Shown one piece after another: positions 19,375-29,826 of a stretch of 53,420 nucleotides of DNA. The notes under the pieces were generated by a model. It worked only from the letters and a program-made list of their open reading frames with translations. It made no database searches and was not told where the DNA came from. The stretch spans positions 1 to 53,420 of the forward strand of contig DATATO010000122.1 in assembly GCA_036268755.1 (NCBI GenBank), in the 5' to 3' direction. Numbering within the stretch: position 1 is the first letter of the stretch; the number at the start of each line of letters is the position of its first letter. Made by a program: the position numbers and the translations under genes. The stretch comes from Mycobacteriales bacterium. GTDB taxonomy: Bacteria > Actinomycetota > Actinomycetes > Mycobacteriales > QHCE01.

Positions 19375-20412
19375 ATGCCCATGCCAGACCGCGATAAGGC
19401 GCTCGAAGTTGCGCTAGCCCAGATCGACAAGCAGTACGGCAAGGGCTCCATCATGCGGTTGGGGGACGACACTCGCCCGCCCGTGGCGGTTATCCCCACC
19501 GGCTCCATCGCGCTGGACGTCGCGCTCGGTATCGGCGGCCTTCCCCGCGGCCGCGTGGTGGAGGTATTCGGTCCGGAGTCGTCCGGTAAGACCACGGTCG
19601 CGCTGCACGCGGCCGCCAGCGCACAGGCGGCGGGCGGCATCGTGGCGTTCATCGATGCCGAGCATGCGCTCGACCCCGAGTACGCCAAGGGGCTGGGTGT
19701 CGACACTGACGCTCTGCTGGTCTCACAGCCGGACACTGGGGAGCAGGCCCTGGAGATCGCCGACATGCTGATTCGGTCCGGTGCGCTGGACCTAGTCGTC
19801 ATCGACTCCGTCGCCGCGCTCGTTCCGCGTGCCGAGATCGAGGGCGAGATGGGCGACAGTCACGTCGGTCTCCAGGCCCGGCTCATGAGCCAGGCGCTGC
19901 GGAAGATCGCCGGAGCCCTCAACAACGCTGGCACCACCGCGATCTTCATCAACCAGCTTCGCGAAAAAATAGGTGTCATGTTTGGAAGCCCTGAAACGAC
20001 CACGGGCGGCCGGGCGCTCAAGTTCTATGCCTCCGTGCGGCTGGACGTTCGCCGTATCGAGACTCTCAAGGACGGCGTCAACGCGGTGGGTAACCGCACC
20101 AGGGTCAAGGTCGTCAAGAACAAGATGGCCCCGCCGTTCAAGCAGGCCGAGTTCGACATCATCTACGGCCAGGGCATCAGCCGCGAGGGATCGCTGATCG
20201 ACGTCGGCGTCGAGCAGGGCTTCATCCGCAAGTCCGGCGCTTGGTACACCTACGAGGGTGACCAGCTCGGGCAGGGCAAGGAGAATGCCCGTAGCTTCCT
20301 TCGGGACAACCCGGATCTTGCCAACGAGGTCGAGAAGAGGATCAAAGAAAAGCTCGGCATAGAGGTCACCGCCGCAGCCGCGGGCGTGCCGGAAACACCG
20401 GCCGAGTTTTAG
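19375..20412 (+). CDS. recA: recombinase A
   Basis: [17 protein letters not shown], Walker [10 protein letters not shown], and no intein. I chose the start at 19375 ([10 protein letters not shown]); the ORF track starts at 19360. Confidence 0.95.
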   Translation: MPMPDRDKALEVALAQIDKQYGKGSIMRLGDDTRPPVAVIPTGSIALDVALGIGGLPRGRVVEVFGPESSGKTTVALHAAASAQAAGGIVAFIDAEHALDPEYAKGLGVDTDALLVSQPDTGEQALEIADMLIRSGALDLVVIDSVAALVPRAEIEGEMGDSHVGLQARLMSQALRKIAGALNNAGTTAIFINQLREKIGVMFGSPETTTGGRALKFYASVRLDVRRIETLKDGVNAVGNRTRVKVVKNKMAPPFKQAEFDIIYGQGISREGSLIDVGVEQGFIRKSGAWYTYEGDQLGQGKENARSFLRDNPDLANEVEKRIKEKLGIEVTAAAAGVPETPAEF

Positions 20413-20448
20413 GGCCATGGGCCTGGAAATCTCTAGCGGTGGCTAGCC

Positions 20449-20940
20449 ATGACTGAGAGCTCCGATCCCGAAGCGGTGGCGAGGCTGATCTGCCTACAGC
20501 AGCTGGAACGCAAGTCCCGCACACGGGCCGAGCTGGCGGAAACCCTGCGGCGTCGGGAGGTTCCGGATGCCGCAGCGAAGACGGTGCTGGATCGCTTCAC
20601 CGAGGTGGGTCTCATCGACGACGCGGCCTATGCGCAGCAGTGGGTGGAGCAGCGGCATCGTAGCCACGGCTCCACCCGGCGGGCGCTTGCCGGCGAGTTG
20701 CGCCGCAAAGGCGTGAACCCGGACACGATCGCTGAGGCGACTAGTCAGCTCGACGATCAGGCCGAGGAACGGGCTGCCAGGGGTTTGGTCGCCCGCAAGC
20801 TGCGCAGCCTGCAGCGCTACGACGACGCCACCCGCACCCGCCGGCTGGTCGGCATGCTGGCGCGTAAGGGCTACTCGGCCAGCCTCGCCTACCGCGTGGT
20901 CAGTCAAGAACTAGGGGGCGACGGAGTCGCCGACGGCTGA
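20449..20940 (+). CDS. recX: recombination regulator RecX
   Basis: Lies immediately downstream of recA and has a RecX-type helical repeat sequence. Confidence 0.85.
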   Translation: MTESSDPEAVARLICLQQLERKSRTRAELAETLRRREVPDAAAKTVLDRFTEVGLIDDAAYAQQWVEQRHRSHGSTRRALAGELRRKGVNPDTIAEATSQLDDQAEERAARGLVARKLRSLQRYDDATRTRRLVGMLARKGYSASLAYRVVSQELGGDGVADG

Positions 20941-21059
20941 GCGGTCCGTCGCATCCCAGCGTCAGCTACGCGGCTCGATTGCCTTTGGATCTCGCCTGAA
21001 GGGAAGCTCCTTAAAGCCGGGTGATAGTAGGGCAGACGCGAGAATCTAGACTGGGACCG

Positions 21060-22586
21060 ATGAGTACCGCAGATGTGACCGACCGGCCGCGCACCTATCA
21101 GGTGCGGACATACGGCTGCCAGATGAACGTGCACGATTCACAGCGCCTGTCCGGCCTGCTCGAATCGGTGGGGTATCGGCAGGCCGAGGACGACGAGCCG
21201 GACCTGGTGGTGTTCAACACCTGCGCGGTGCGCGAGAATGCCGACAACAAGCTGTACGGCAACCTGAGCCACCTTGCGCCGTTGAAGAAAAAACGCCCAG
21301 GGATGCAGATCGCCGTGGGTGGCTGTCTGGCGCAGAAGGACCGCGGCGAGATCGTGCGCAAGGCGCCCTACGTCGATGTGGTGTTCGGCACGCACAATAT
21401 CGGTGCGCTACCCGTATTGCTAGAGCGGGCCCGCCATAACGAGCAGGCGCAGGTGGAGATCGCCGAGGCGCTAGAGACCTTCCCCTCCACACTTCCGGGC
21501 CGCCGCGATGCCCATGCCAGCGCGTGGGTCTCCATCTCGGTCGGCTGCAACAACACCTGTACGTTCTGCATCGTCCCGTCGCTGCGCGGAAAGGAAAAGG
21601 ATCGCCGGCCGGGGGATGTGCTCGCTGAGGTTGAGGCGCTAGTCGCCGACGGCGTATCCGAGGTGACGCTGTTGGGACAGAACGTCAACTCCTACGGGGC
21701 CGAGTTCGGCGACCGGACCGCCTTCTCAAGCCTGCTGCGCGCCTGTGGCGCCATCGACGGCGTGGAGCGGGTGCGGTTCACCTCGCCCCACCCGCGCGAC
21801 TTCACCGACGATGTCATCGTGGCCATGGCCGAGACGCCTGCCGTCTGCCCGCAGCTGCACATGCCGCTGCAATCCGGCTCCGACACGATGCTGAAGGCGA
21901 TGCGACGTTCCTACCGCAGCACCAAATACTTGGCGATACTCGACAGTGTCCGCGAGGCCATGCCGCACGCCGCGATCACGACAGACATCATCGTCGGTTT
22001 CCCGGGGGAGACCGAGGAGGACTTCGAGCAGACGCTCGGTGTGGTGCGGCGGGCCCGATTCGCCAGCGCCTTCACCTTCCAGTACTCCCAGCGCCCCGGC
22101 ACGCCGGCGGCGGCCATGCCGAATCAGGTGCCCAAGGCGGTAGTTCAGCAGCGTTACGAGCGGCTGGTTGAGCTGCAGGAACAGATCTCGTGGGATCAGA
22201 ACAAGCAGCTTGTTGGGACAACGGTCGAGGTGCTGGTGTCGGCCGGCGAGGGGCGCAAGGACGACAGCTATGCCGCGCAGGGAAGCCGACGCATTTCCGG
22301 CCGGGCCCGCGACGGCAGGCTGGCGCACATTGCCGAGGTCTCGGAGGAGACCAGCCGGGTGCGCCCGGGGGATGTGGTCGAAGCCGCCGTCTCCTATGCC
22401 GCCCCGTATTACCTGGTTGCCGAGGGTGGGCTGCTCAGCCACCGCCGCACCCGGGCGGGAGACGCCTGGGAAGCCGGTGCGGTGCCGCGTTCGGCGCCCG
22501 GCACCGCACCGGTGATCCTCCCAATGCCCGGCCTCGGCAAGCCCACTACCCGGGCCGCGGAACTCACCGGTTGCCCTAGCTGTTAA
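21060..22586 (+). CDS. miaB: tRNA-i6A37 methylthiotransferase
   Basis: [10 protein letters not shown], radical-SAM motif [11 protein letters not shown] and a TRAM C-terminus. Start at the ATG at 21060 (MSTADV). Confidence 0.9.
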   Translation: MSTADVTDRPRTYQVRTYGCQMNVHDSQRLSGLLESVGYRQAEDDEPDLVVFNTCAVRENADNKLYGNLSHLAPLKKKRPGMQIAVGGCLAQKDRGEIVRKAPYVDVVFGTHNIGALPVLLERARHNEQAQVEIAEALETFPSTLPGRRDAHASAWVSISVGCNNTCTFCIVPSLRGKEKDRRPGDVLAEVEALVADGVSEVTLLGQNVNSYGAEFGDRTAFSSLLRACGAIDGVERVRFTSPHPRDFTDDVIVAMAETPAVCPQLHMPLQSGSDTMLKAMRRSYRSTKYLAILDSVREAMPHAAITTDIIVGFPGETEEDFEQTLGVVRRARFASAFTFQYSQRPGTPAAAMPNQVPKAVVQQRYERLVELQEQISWDQNKQLVGTTVEVLVSAGEGRKDDSYAAQGSRRISGRARDGRLAHIAEVSEETSRVRPGDVVEAAVSYAAPYYLVAEGGLLSHRRTRAGDAWEAGAVPRSAPGTAPVILPMPGLGKPTTRAAELTGCPSC

Positions 22587-22858
22587 GCGGCCCGCTTGCC
22601 CTTGCCGCCCATAATTCTGGCCGTTGCCCATACCGCGATGACGGCCAAGATGACCTGGATCAAATGCCGGATCCAGTCGATTCCGTTGGTATTGCCGACG
22701 CCGAGCCAGTCGGCTATCGCGCCGCCGACGAACGCCGCGATAATGCCGGCACCGATGGTTGCCCACCAGGGGATGTCCTGTTTGCCTTTGAGTAGTAGCC
22801 GCCCGAGAATTCCCAGCACGGTACCGACGATAAGCGCACCGATGATGACACCCAGCAT
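22583..22858 (-). CDS. GlsB/YeaQ/YmgE-family small membrane protein
   Basis: 91 aa with three Gly-rich helices ([22 protein letters not shown]..). Confidence 0.7.
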   Translation of the reverse strand: MLGVIIGALIVGTVLGILGRLLLKGKQDIPWWATIGAGIIAAFVGGAIADWLGVGNTNGIDWIRHLIQVILAVIAVWATARIMGGKGKRAA

Positions 22859-22939
22859 TTGGTCCCTCCCTAAGTGATGGCTTCTAAGCCTGGGAGCGAC
22901 CCTATACCCGTCCTGCGGGCTTTACTCGTTTGTGAGCGG

Positions 22940-24001
22940 TTATGAGGCGGATTTTCCCGCCTGTTCGGCGAGCTGCAACACGCGCTGTTTGCCGGCGAGC
23001 GACCGCTCCGCCTCGGCGAGCGCGGCCTCGTCGCCGCCGGCCCGGGCGCGTTCCATCTGGCGAGTGGCGCGTTCCACTTGCTCCCGCATCTGGTTCAGCA
23101 GCGGATTATTCTGTTTGGCGTGCTCGCGTTGCTGATCGCGCACGACCTGCTGTGCCGCACGCCGGCGCTTACGATCTTCGTCGGCCGTGCTGAATGCTTC
23201 CGAGCGCTGAGTGAAGAAGGCGTCCTGTGCCCCGCGGAACCGAGTCCACAGTCGGTCCTCAGCCTCCTTGGCCAGCCGGGGGAGACCCTTCCATTCGGCC
23301 ATCAGCTGCTTGAGCGTGGCAGCTGTGTCCTGCCATTCGGTGGAGGCGGCGAGCGCCTCGGCCTCGGTGGTGAGCTCTTCCTTACGCTGTGCCGCGGCCT
23401 TACGCGCCGCGTCGAGCCCGGCGAAGTGGGTGCCACGGCGCTTGTTGAACTCGTCTCTCGCGGCCGCAAATCGCTTCCACAGTGCCTTGTCGGTGCCCCG
23501 ATCCGTGGTGGGGGAATCCTTCCAGCGCTGCAAGAGCTGAACGAATTCGTCGCCGGTTGCTTTCCAGCGAGTGCTGTCGGCTAGCCCCTCGGCGTGCGCG
23601 ACGATCTCTTCCTTACGGGCAACGGCCTCCATGCGTGCCGTCTTCTTGGCCGCGGTGGCCGCCTCGGCCGCCTCCCGTGCCCGCTCGATGATGACCGTGA
23701 GCTTGGCGTCCAGGACCGCCAGGTCACCGATCACCGACGCATCGGAAAGCGACTTTTGCAGCCGCAGCGCCTGTTCGAGGGTGTGCTGCGGAGTAGCCGC
23801 CTTGCTCTGCAACCTAGTTGCGAGCAGCGTTACATCCGTTTCGATGTCGTCGTAGCGTCGGACAAAATGCGCCAGCCCTTCTTCGGGGCTGCCGGCCTGC
23901 CACGAGCCGACTACTCGCTCGCCGTCTGGCGTTATCAGATAGACGGTGCCGTCGGGATCGACGCGACCATACCGATTGCTCGCTGCGCCGTGTGGGCTCA
24001 T
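22940..24001 (-). CDS. DUF349 domain protein
   Basis: Repeated helical units of the type W..F..A.D.F..RR (ALWKRFAAARDEFNKRR, RLWTRFRGAQDAFFTQR). Confidence 0.75.
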   Translation of the reverse strand: MSPHGAASNRYGRVDPDGTVYLITPDGERVVGSWQAGSPEEGLAHFVRRYDDIETDVTLLATRLQSKAATPQHTLEQALRLQKSLSDASVIGDLAVLDAKLTVIIERAREAAEAATAAKKTARMEAVARKEEIVAHAEGLADSTRWKATGDEFVQLLQRWKDSPTTDRGTDKALWKRFAAARDEFNKRRGTHFAGLDAARKAAAQRKEELTTEAEALAASTEWQDTAATLKQLMAEWKGLPRLAKEAEDRLWTRFRGAQDAFFTQRSEAFSTADEDRKRRRAAQQVVRDQQREHAKQNNPLLNQMREQVERATRQMERARAGGDEAALAEAERSLAGKQRVLQLAEQAGKSAS

Positions 24002-24026
24002 TACAAGCGTCCTTGATAGGGGTCAT

Positions 24027-24065
24027 GCGGTAGAGGACACCCTGACTGTTGGTGTCCTCTACCGC
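24027..24065 (-). terminator. perfect 15-bp stem hairpin ending the malic-enzyme transcription unit
   Basis: GCGGTAGAGGACACC-9 nt-GGTGTCCTCTACCGC. Confidence 0.6.
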
Positions 24066-24257
24066 ATTGTCTCAGTTACCGTAACCTCTTGAACACTCGC
24101 ACTAACTAGTTACCTAGTGGATGCTAGGTATGGGTTTGGCAACCGGGTCCTCACCCGTCATGTGGTGTTCGGCGCGGGCGGCCGCTAGGTCTGCCATTAC
24201 TGCCGTTGCCCGCCGAGATTTCCGTAGTAGTACCGCGGCGAGGACTCCCGCAGCGAT

Positions 24258-24299
24258 GTACGCGGCGTCGCCTGCGGCCTTGGCAGGAAACAGCTGACA
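24258..24299 (-). repeat. copy 1 of a 42-nt block shared with 29897..29938
   Basis: 36 of 42 identical positions by manual alignment, including the 19-nt run CCTGCGGCCTTGGCAGGAA. It lies about 30 nt after the malic-enzyme stop on the minus strand. Confidence 0.6.
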
Positions 24300-24328
24300 C
24301 CGCCCCACATTTAGAGTATTTAGAACCT

Positions 24329-25744
24329 TCACTCCGGGAGTTGGGAGTCCTTTTCCATGGCGGTCCCGGCCGCGCGGGCGGCGCCCGCCACCGCGGCGGC
24401 CACGGCCGGCGCGACATGGGTGTCGAAGACGCTCGGCACGATCACGCTGGGGTTGAGTCGCTCCAACCCGACCGCGTCCGCGATCGCCACCGCTGCGGCG
24501 AGTCCCATCTCGTCGGAGTAGGCGCTCGCCCCGGCGTCGAGCATCCCGCGGAAGACGCCCGGAAACGCCAAAACGTTGTTGATCTGGTTGGGCTCGTCCG
24601 AGCGGCCGGTGGCTACCACGGCCGCGTGCTGTCGAGCCTGCTGCGGCTCGATCTCCGGATCCGGATTTGCCAGCGCGAACACAATGGGATCCTTCGCCAT
24701 GGCTGCGATATCGTCCCCGACCAGCAGGTTCGGCGCGCTCACCCCGATGAATACGTCCGCCCCGCGCAGCGCACCAACCAAGTTTCCGGAGTACCCATTG
24801 GCATTGGTCTTGGCGGCGAGCTCCTGCATCGCCGGATTGAGCCCGGTGATCTGAGAATGCAGCGCGCCTACGCGGTCGCAGGCGACCACATCGCCGACAC
24901 CCTGCGCGAGCAGCAGATTGATGATCGCGGTCCCGGCGGCGCCGGCACCCGACAGCACGACCCGGACGTCGGGCAGCTTCTTGCCGACTACCCGCAGCGC
25001 GTTGGTCAGCGCCGCGAGCACCACGATCGCCGTGCCGTGTTGGTCGTCGTGGAACACCGGAATGTCCAGCGCCTCACGCAGCCGGCGCTCGATCTCGAAA
25101 CAACGGGGCGCCGCAATGTCCTCAAGGTTGATTCCACCGTAAGCGGGGGCTAAGGCCCGAACGATGGAGACGATCTCGTCGCTGTCCTGCGTGTCGAGCA
25201 CGACCGGCCAGGCGTCGACGCCGGCGAACCGCTTGAACAGCGCGGCCTTGCCCTCCATGACGGGAAGCGCGGCCGCCGGACCGATGTTGCCCAGCCCCAG
25301 CACCGCCGAGCCGTCGCTGACCACGGCGACGGTGTTGCGTTTGATGGTGAGCCGGCGGGCGTCCTCGGGGTTCTCGGCGATCGCCAGGCAGACCCGGGCC
25401 ACGCCGGGGGTATAGGCGCGCGAGAGTTCGTCGCGGGTTCGCAGCGCGACCTTCGACGTCACCTCTATCTTTCCGCCGAGATGCAGGAGGAAGGTGCGGT
25501 CGCTGACCTTGCGAACGCTGACGCCCTCCAGTGCCGCAAGCGTCTCCGTGATGCGGTCGGCGTGTCCCCCGTCTGCGGTGTCGCAGGTGAGATCCACGAC
25601 CACGCGCTCGTGATCGGAGTCCACCACGTCCAGCGCGGTGATGACCGCGCCCGCCTCGCCGACGGCCGTGGTAAGTCGGCCGATCGCGGATGCCTCGGCG
25701 GGAAGCGAGACTCGTACGGTGATGGAGAAACCGGCGCTGGGCAT
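24329..25744 (-). CDS. NAD(P)-dependent malic enzyme with an N-terminal ACT-like domain
   Basis: [21 protein letters not shown] and [10 protein letters not shown] favour the start at 25744 (MPSAGF). The ORF-track start at 25855 would overlap the divergent hflX start. Confidence 0.85.
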   Translation of the reverse strand: MPSAGFSITVRVSLPAEASAIGRLTTAVGEAGAVITALDVVDSDHERVVVDLTCDTADGGHADRITETLAALEGVSVRKVSDRTFLLHLGGKIEVTSKVALRTRDELSRAYTPGVARVCLAIAENPEDARRLTIKRNTVAVVSDGSAVLGLGNIGPAAALPVMEGKAALFKRFAGVDAWPVVLDTQDSDEIVSIVRALAPAYGGINLEDIAAPRCFEIERRLREALDIPVFHDDQHGTAIVVLAALTNALRVVGKKLPDVRVVLSGAGAAGTAIINLLLAQGVGDVVACDRVGALHSQITGLNPAMQELAAKTNANGYSGNLVGALRGADVFIGVSAPNLLVGDDIAAMAKDPIVFALANPDPEIEPQQARQHAAVVATGRSDEPNQINNVLAFPGVFRGMLDAGASAYSDEMGLAAAVAIADAVGLERLNPSVIVPSVFDTHVAPAVAAAVAGAARAAGTAMEKDSQLPE

Positions 25745-25847
25745 GCGGCCTGGCACAGTGACGCTACTTTCGTTGTCGGCGACATGATTTGCCGGCGTCC
25801 GCCCGTTGCGGAACGGAACGCCATGCGCTGTGGCACCATAGAGAGGT

Positions 25848-27245
25848 ATGGCCACAACAGATGCACATGACGATACTCCCGCCGCCGCGATACCCTTTCA
25901 GGTAGATGCCGAGCGGGCCGATGTCGCAGATAGGCATGCGCTTCGCCGAGTCATCGGCCTGTCCACGGAACTCGACGATGTCACCGAGGTCGAGTATCGA
26001 CAACTTCGCCTCGAGCGGGTAGTTCTCGTTGGGGTATGGACGTCCGGCAGCGCGGCAGACGCCGAATGCTCGCTGCAGGAGCTGGCTGCGCTGGCGGAGA
26101 CGGCCGGTGCCAAGGTCTGCGAGGGCCTCGTGCAGCGCAGGGACAAACCGGATCCGGCCACCTACATCGGATCGGGCAAGGCCATTGAGCTCAAGGACGT
26201 GGTGCTCGCCTGCGGCGCAGATACGGTCATCTGCGACGGTGAGCTATCTCCCGGACAGTTGATCTCGCTGGAAGACGTGGTCAAGGTCAAGGTCATCGAC
26301 CGCACGGCGGTCATCCTCGACATCTTCGCCCAGCACGCCCGCAGCCGGGCCGGCAAGGCCCAGGTTGAACTCGCGCAGCTGAGGTATTTGCTGCCGCGGC
26401 TGCGGGGCTGGGGTCAGGCGTTGTCCCGCACCGGTGCCGGTATCGGCACCCGAGGCGCCGGCGAGACCAAGCTGGAGACCGACCGGCGCCGAATCCGGGC
26501 CCGCATCTCCAAGCTGCGCCGCGAGGCGGAAGCAATGTCGTCGATCCGCCGGACCCAGCGGCAGTCGCGCAGCCGGTCGTCGATGCCCGCCGTGGCGATA
26601 GCCGGCTACACCAACGCCGGTAAGTCCAGCCTGCTCAATCGCCTCACCGGCGCCGACGTTCTGGTGCAGGATGCGCTGTTTGCCACCCTGGATCCGACCG
26701 TTCGCCGGGCTTCAGCGCAGGGCCGCGAGTACACGCTCGCCGACACGGTTGGGTTCGTCCGCCACCTGCCGCATCAGCTGGTCGACGCCTTTGCCTCCAC
26801 GCTGGAGGAGGTCACCGATTCCGATGTGATCATGCACGTTGTCGACGCCAGCGACCCCGACCCGACGGGTCAGCTCGCAACGGTCCGCGCCGTGCTCGCC
26901 GACGTGGGCGCCGCGCAGGTTTCCGAACTCGTGGTGGTCAACAAGATCGACGCCGCCGACGAGCCGACCCTGACCGCGCTGCGCAGCTCCCTGGCCGCCG
27001 CGATCTATGTGTCGGCCAAAACCGGGGAGGGTATCGATGAGCTGCAACAAGCGATAGCCGCGGCGCTTCCCCATCCCGTGACCGAGGTCGATGTGTGCGT
27101 GCCGTTCGACCGGGGTGATGTCCTCTCGCGTGTCTATCGCGACGGCGAGGTGCTGACCGTCCGCCACGACGAGGCCGGAACCACCCTGCGGGCCCGGGTG
27201 TCGCCGGAACTGGCGGGAGTGCTGCGTTCGGTGGCCGTCGCCTGA
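25848..27245 (+). CDS. hflX: GTPase HflX
   Basis: HflX N-domain (DELSPGQLISLEDVVKVKVIDRTAVILDIFAQHA) and G1 motif GYTNAGKSSLLN. Confidence 0.9.
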   Translation: MATTDAHDDTPAAAIPFQVDAERADVADRHALRRVIGLSTELDDVTEVEYRQLRLERVVLVGVWTSGSAADAECSLQELAALAETAGAKVCEGLVQRRDKPDPATYIGSGKAIELKDVVLACGADTVICDGELSPGQLISLEDVVKVKVIDRTAVILDIFAQHARSRAGKAQVELAQLRYLLPRLRGWGQALSRTGAGIGTRGAGETKLETDRRRIRARISKLRREAEAMSSIRRTQRQSRSRSSMPAVAIAGYTNAGKSSLLNRLTGADVLVQDALFATLDPTVRRASAQGREYTLADTVGFVRHLPHQLVDAFASTLEEVTDSDVIMHVVDASDPDPTGQLATVRAVLADVGAAQVSELVVVNKIDAADEPTLTALRSSLAAAIYVSAKTGEGIDELQQAIAAALPHPVTEVDVCVPFDRGDVLSRVYRDGEVLTVRHDEAGTTLRARVSPELAGVLRSVAVA

Positions 27246-27316
27246 CTTGACTGTCCTCTTTGGTATTAAATCGTCGAAACGGACCTTGACGGCCCAGGCT
27301 GGGTAGCCTCGGGCAC

Positions 27317-28336
27317 ATGCTCAAAAAATCTTCGGTTGCGTTGCTGGTGGTGCTGCTCGTGATCGTCGGCTCCAGGTCCGCGTCGGCGGCCGACAGTACC
27401 AGGGAGCCGCAGCCGCATTGGCGGTGTGTTGTCACGGACAAGCGGATTGATAACGCGAGCGGCCTCGTCACCTTCGGCACCGGCTATGCCGTCATCAACG
27501 ACCGCGGCAGCCACGAATCCGCGATTCGGGCCTATCTGCTCGATGCCAACTGCCAGGTCACGAAGGTGCTCGAATCGCCGGGGAGCCCCAGCGACATCGA
27601 AGACCTCGGTCGAACCTCCGACGGCGCCCTGTGGCTCGCCGATATTGGGGACAATGATTCCAACCGGGCCGATGTCACGATCTGGAAGATGCCACCCGAT
27701 GGTGGAACCGCGAAGCCCTACCGGCTGAGCTATCCGGACGGTCCACACGACGCCGAGGCCCTCATCCTCACCGACAATAAGACCCCGATCATCGTCACGA
27801 AGACAAATACCGGAAAGGCCGGAATCTACCTCGCCGCCGCATCGCTCACCGGTCGACCGCGCGAAGCCATTCCGCTGCGCCATGTCGGAACACTCACTGT
27901 CAAACCCACGGGTACCCAGGGTGGGGCGCCGGGTGGCAACGTAGCCATAGCGAATGTCCTGGTCACCGGGGGCGCAGTCTCCGCCGACGGCCGCCGGGTG
28001 GCGTTGCGTACCTATACGGATGTATACGAGTGGCGGATCCGCCGTGGTGACTCAGCCCGACATATCGCGGCGACCATAAAAAACACATCTCCACAGCGGA
28101 CGGCGGTGCCGGGGGAGCATCAGGGTGAATCCCTCGCCTACGCCGATCACGACAGCCGCATGTCGACGTTGTCGGAGGGGCTGGACAAACCGCTGCAGGA
28201 GTGGACGCTCTTTCGACCTCCGCAGTCCGCTCCCGACCACACCGCCCGCTGGATCGCGGCGAGTGTCGTCGTGGCGTTAGGACTCGCTGCGCTCGCCATT
28301 TTGCTGATACGTCGCTTCCGCCGAAATCACGCTTGA
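27317..28336 (+). CDS. secreted, C-terminally anchored protein (beta-propeller-like?), paralogue A
   Basis: Signal peptide, DIEDLGRTSDGALWLADIGDN and a C-terminal TM helix. Clear paralogy to 28369..29823. Confidence 0.6.
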   Translation: MLKKSSVALLVVLLVIVGSRSASAADSTREPQPHWRCVVTDKRIDNASGLVTFGTGYAVINDRGSHESAIRAYLLDANCQVTKVLESPGSPSDIEDLGRTSDGALWLADIGDNDSNRADVTIWKMPPDGGTAKPYRLSYPDGPHDAEALILTDNKTPIIVTKTNTGKAGIYLAAASLTGRPREAIPLRHVGTLTVKPTGTQGGAPGGNVAIANVLVTGGAVSADGRRVALRTYTDVYEWRIRRGDSARHIAATIKNTSPQRTAVPGEHQGESLAYADHDSRMSTLSEGLDKPLQEWTLFRPPQSAPDHTARWIAASVVVALGLAALAILLIRRFRRNHA

Positions 28337-28368
28337 ACTGGCCTTTTCGAATTACCCCCAGGCGGAAA

Positions 28369-29823
28369 ATGTCCACCGAACCGGCTCTGATCACCCCCGA
28401 TATGACGAGTTCTGTCACACTAGAGCGCGTGCCCGTACCTTCGGTGATAACGCGAGCGGCGCCCCGGCTGCTGGCAGTGCTGTTGAGCGCTCTACTGCTA
28501 CTGGTCCTCGCCCCGGGCGCGGCTACTGCCGCCCCCGCTGAGGCCGCTCAACTGTGCACCGCCTCCGATCCGCGGCTCAAGCAGGTCAGCGGCCTGGTAG
28601 CCACTCCAAACGGCTACGCGGCGATCAACGACGGTGGGGACGAACTCGTCGTCTATCTGCTCGGCCGAGACTGTGCGGTCACTCGAATTCTCACCTCGCC
28701 GCCGGACCCCTTCGACCCGGAGGATCTCTCCCGCACCTCCGACGGAATGCTGTGGGTCGCGGACATTGGGGACAACGAGAAGAAACGTACCTCCGTCGTG
28801 GTGTGGCAGGTTAATCCCGCCACCGGCGCCTCGGTGCGTCATCGGCTGACCTACCCCGACGGCGCCCACGACGCTGAGGCCATGGTGATGCCGGCGAACA
28901 AGACGCCCATCATCGTCACTAAGGAACCCAGCGGCACGTCAAAGGTGTATGTGGCCAAAGGACCCCTCGAGGGCGACGGGACGGTCATTCCGATGCGTTC
29001 CGCGGGCAAGATCACGATCACCTCATCCGGCACAGAAGGGGGACCGGCGAGCACCGGCCCCGCGGCGCAACTCCTGGTCACCGGCGGTGCCCTATCCCCG
29101 GACGGCACCAAGGTGGCGCTGCGCACCTACACTGACGCCTACGAATGGGACGTGCCGAACGGCGACGTGCTGTCCGCCTTCTCCTCCGGCCAGCCTCGGC
29201 GAATTCCGCTGCCGGGTGAACCCCAGGGTGAATCGATCAGTTACGCCAGCGACGGCACCGGTTTCGTGACCCTCTCGGAGGGCGTCGGTCAGCCGCTGCA
29301 GCAATGGGGGACGACGGCCGGAGCAAAGAAACCGTCCGGTTCCGGCAAGGGTGGCGGCAGTATCCTGCCGGATCTCAACCTCGCTAACCTCATGGGCGGC
29401 ATCTATGTCATAGGGTTCGTCGGGTTGGCGCTGTTGATCGCCGGCATCGTGGGCATCAAACGGTTTCGCCGGCAGCAGGCGGCTCGTGCGGCTGCTGACG
29501 ATTTCGCTGATGAGCCGGACGACTACGACGAGGACGACGACTACCTTCCGGAGTACGACGATCGTCACGCCGCCACGGATAGTTCGTTGTCATATCCGCC
29601 GCCGCCCGCTGCGCCGGAGGATTCCGCCAAACGAGGCACAACCTACGGTTCTCCCGCTCCGGCGGCCGCACCGCCGCGCGGGTCCGGCACCGTCTATGGC
29701 GGCACACCGCGGGTCGACGCACCGCGCGGCACCGTATACGGCGGCGGGACTACCTCGGACCCCGACGTACGCGACGATCCGCCCCGCCGCTCCGGGACTG
29801 TCTATGGCGGCGGCCCCAGCTAG
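28369..29823 (+). CDS. secreted, anchored paralogue B with a cytoplasmic acidic and RxGTVYGG-repeat tail
   Basis: DPEDLSRTSDGMLWVADIGDN and TM helix GGIYVIGFVGLALLIAGIVGI. The tail has four GT(V/T)YG(G/S) units. Confidence 0.6.
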   Translation: MSTEPALITPDMTSSVTLERVPVPSVITRAAPRLLAVLLSALLLLVLAPGAATAAPAEAAQLCTASDPRLKQVSGLVATPNGYAAINDGGDELVVYLLGRDCAVTRILTSPPDPFDPEDLSRTSDGMLWVADIGDNEKKRTSVVVWQVNPATGASVRHRLTYPDGAHDAEAMVMPANKTPIIVTKEPSGTSKVYVAKGPLEGDGTVIPMRSAGKITITSSGTEGGPASTGPAAQLLVTGGALSPDGTKVALRTYTDAYEWDVPNGDVLSAFSSGQPRRIPLPGEPQGESISYASDGTGFVTLSEGVGQPLQQWGTTAGAKKPSGSGKGGGSILPDLNLANLMGGIYVIGFVGLALLIAGIVGIKRFRRQQAARAAADDFADEPDDYDEDDDYLPEYDDRHAATDSSLSYPPPPAAPEDSAKRGTTYGSPAPAAAPPRGSGTVYGGTPRVDAPRGTVYGGGTTSDPDVRDDPPRRSGTVYGGGPS

Positions 29824-29826
29824 TAC

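Noticed and set aside
25745-25855. The divergent malic-enzyme and hflX ORFs appear to overlap at their 5' ends.
   Set aside because: This is most simply an over-extended ORF call. An internal ATG at 25744 gives a normal-length malic enzyme and leaves a ~100-nt divergent promoter region.
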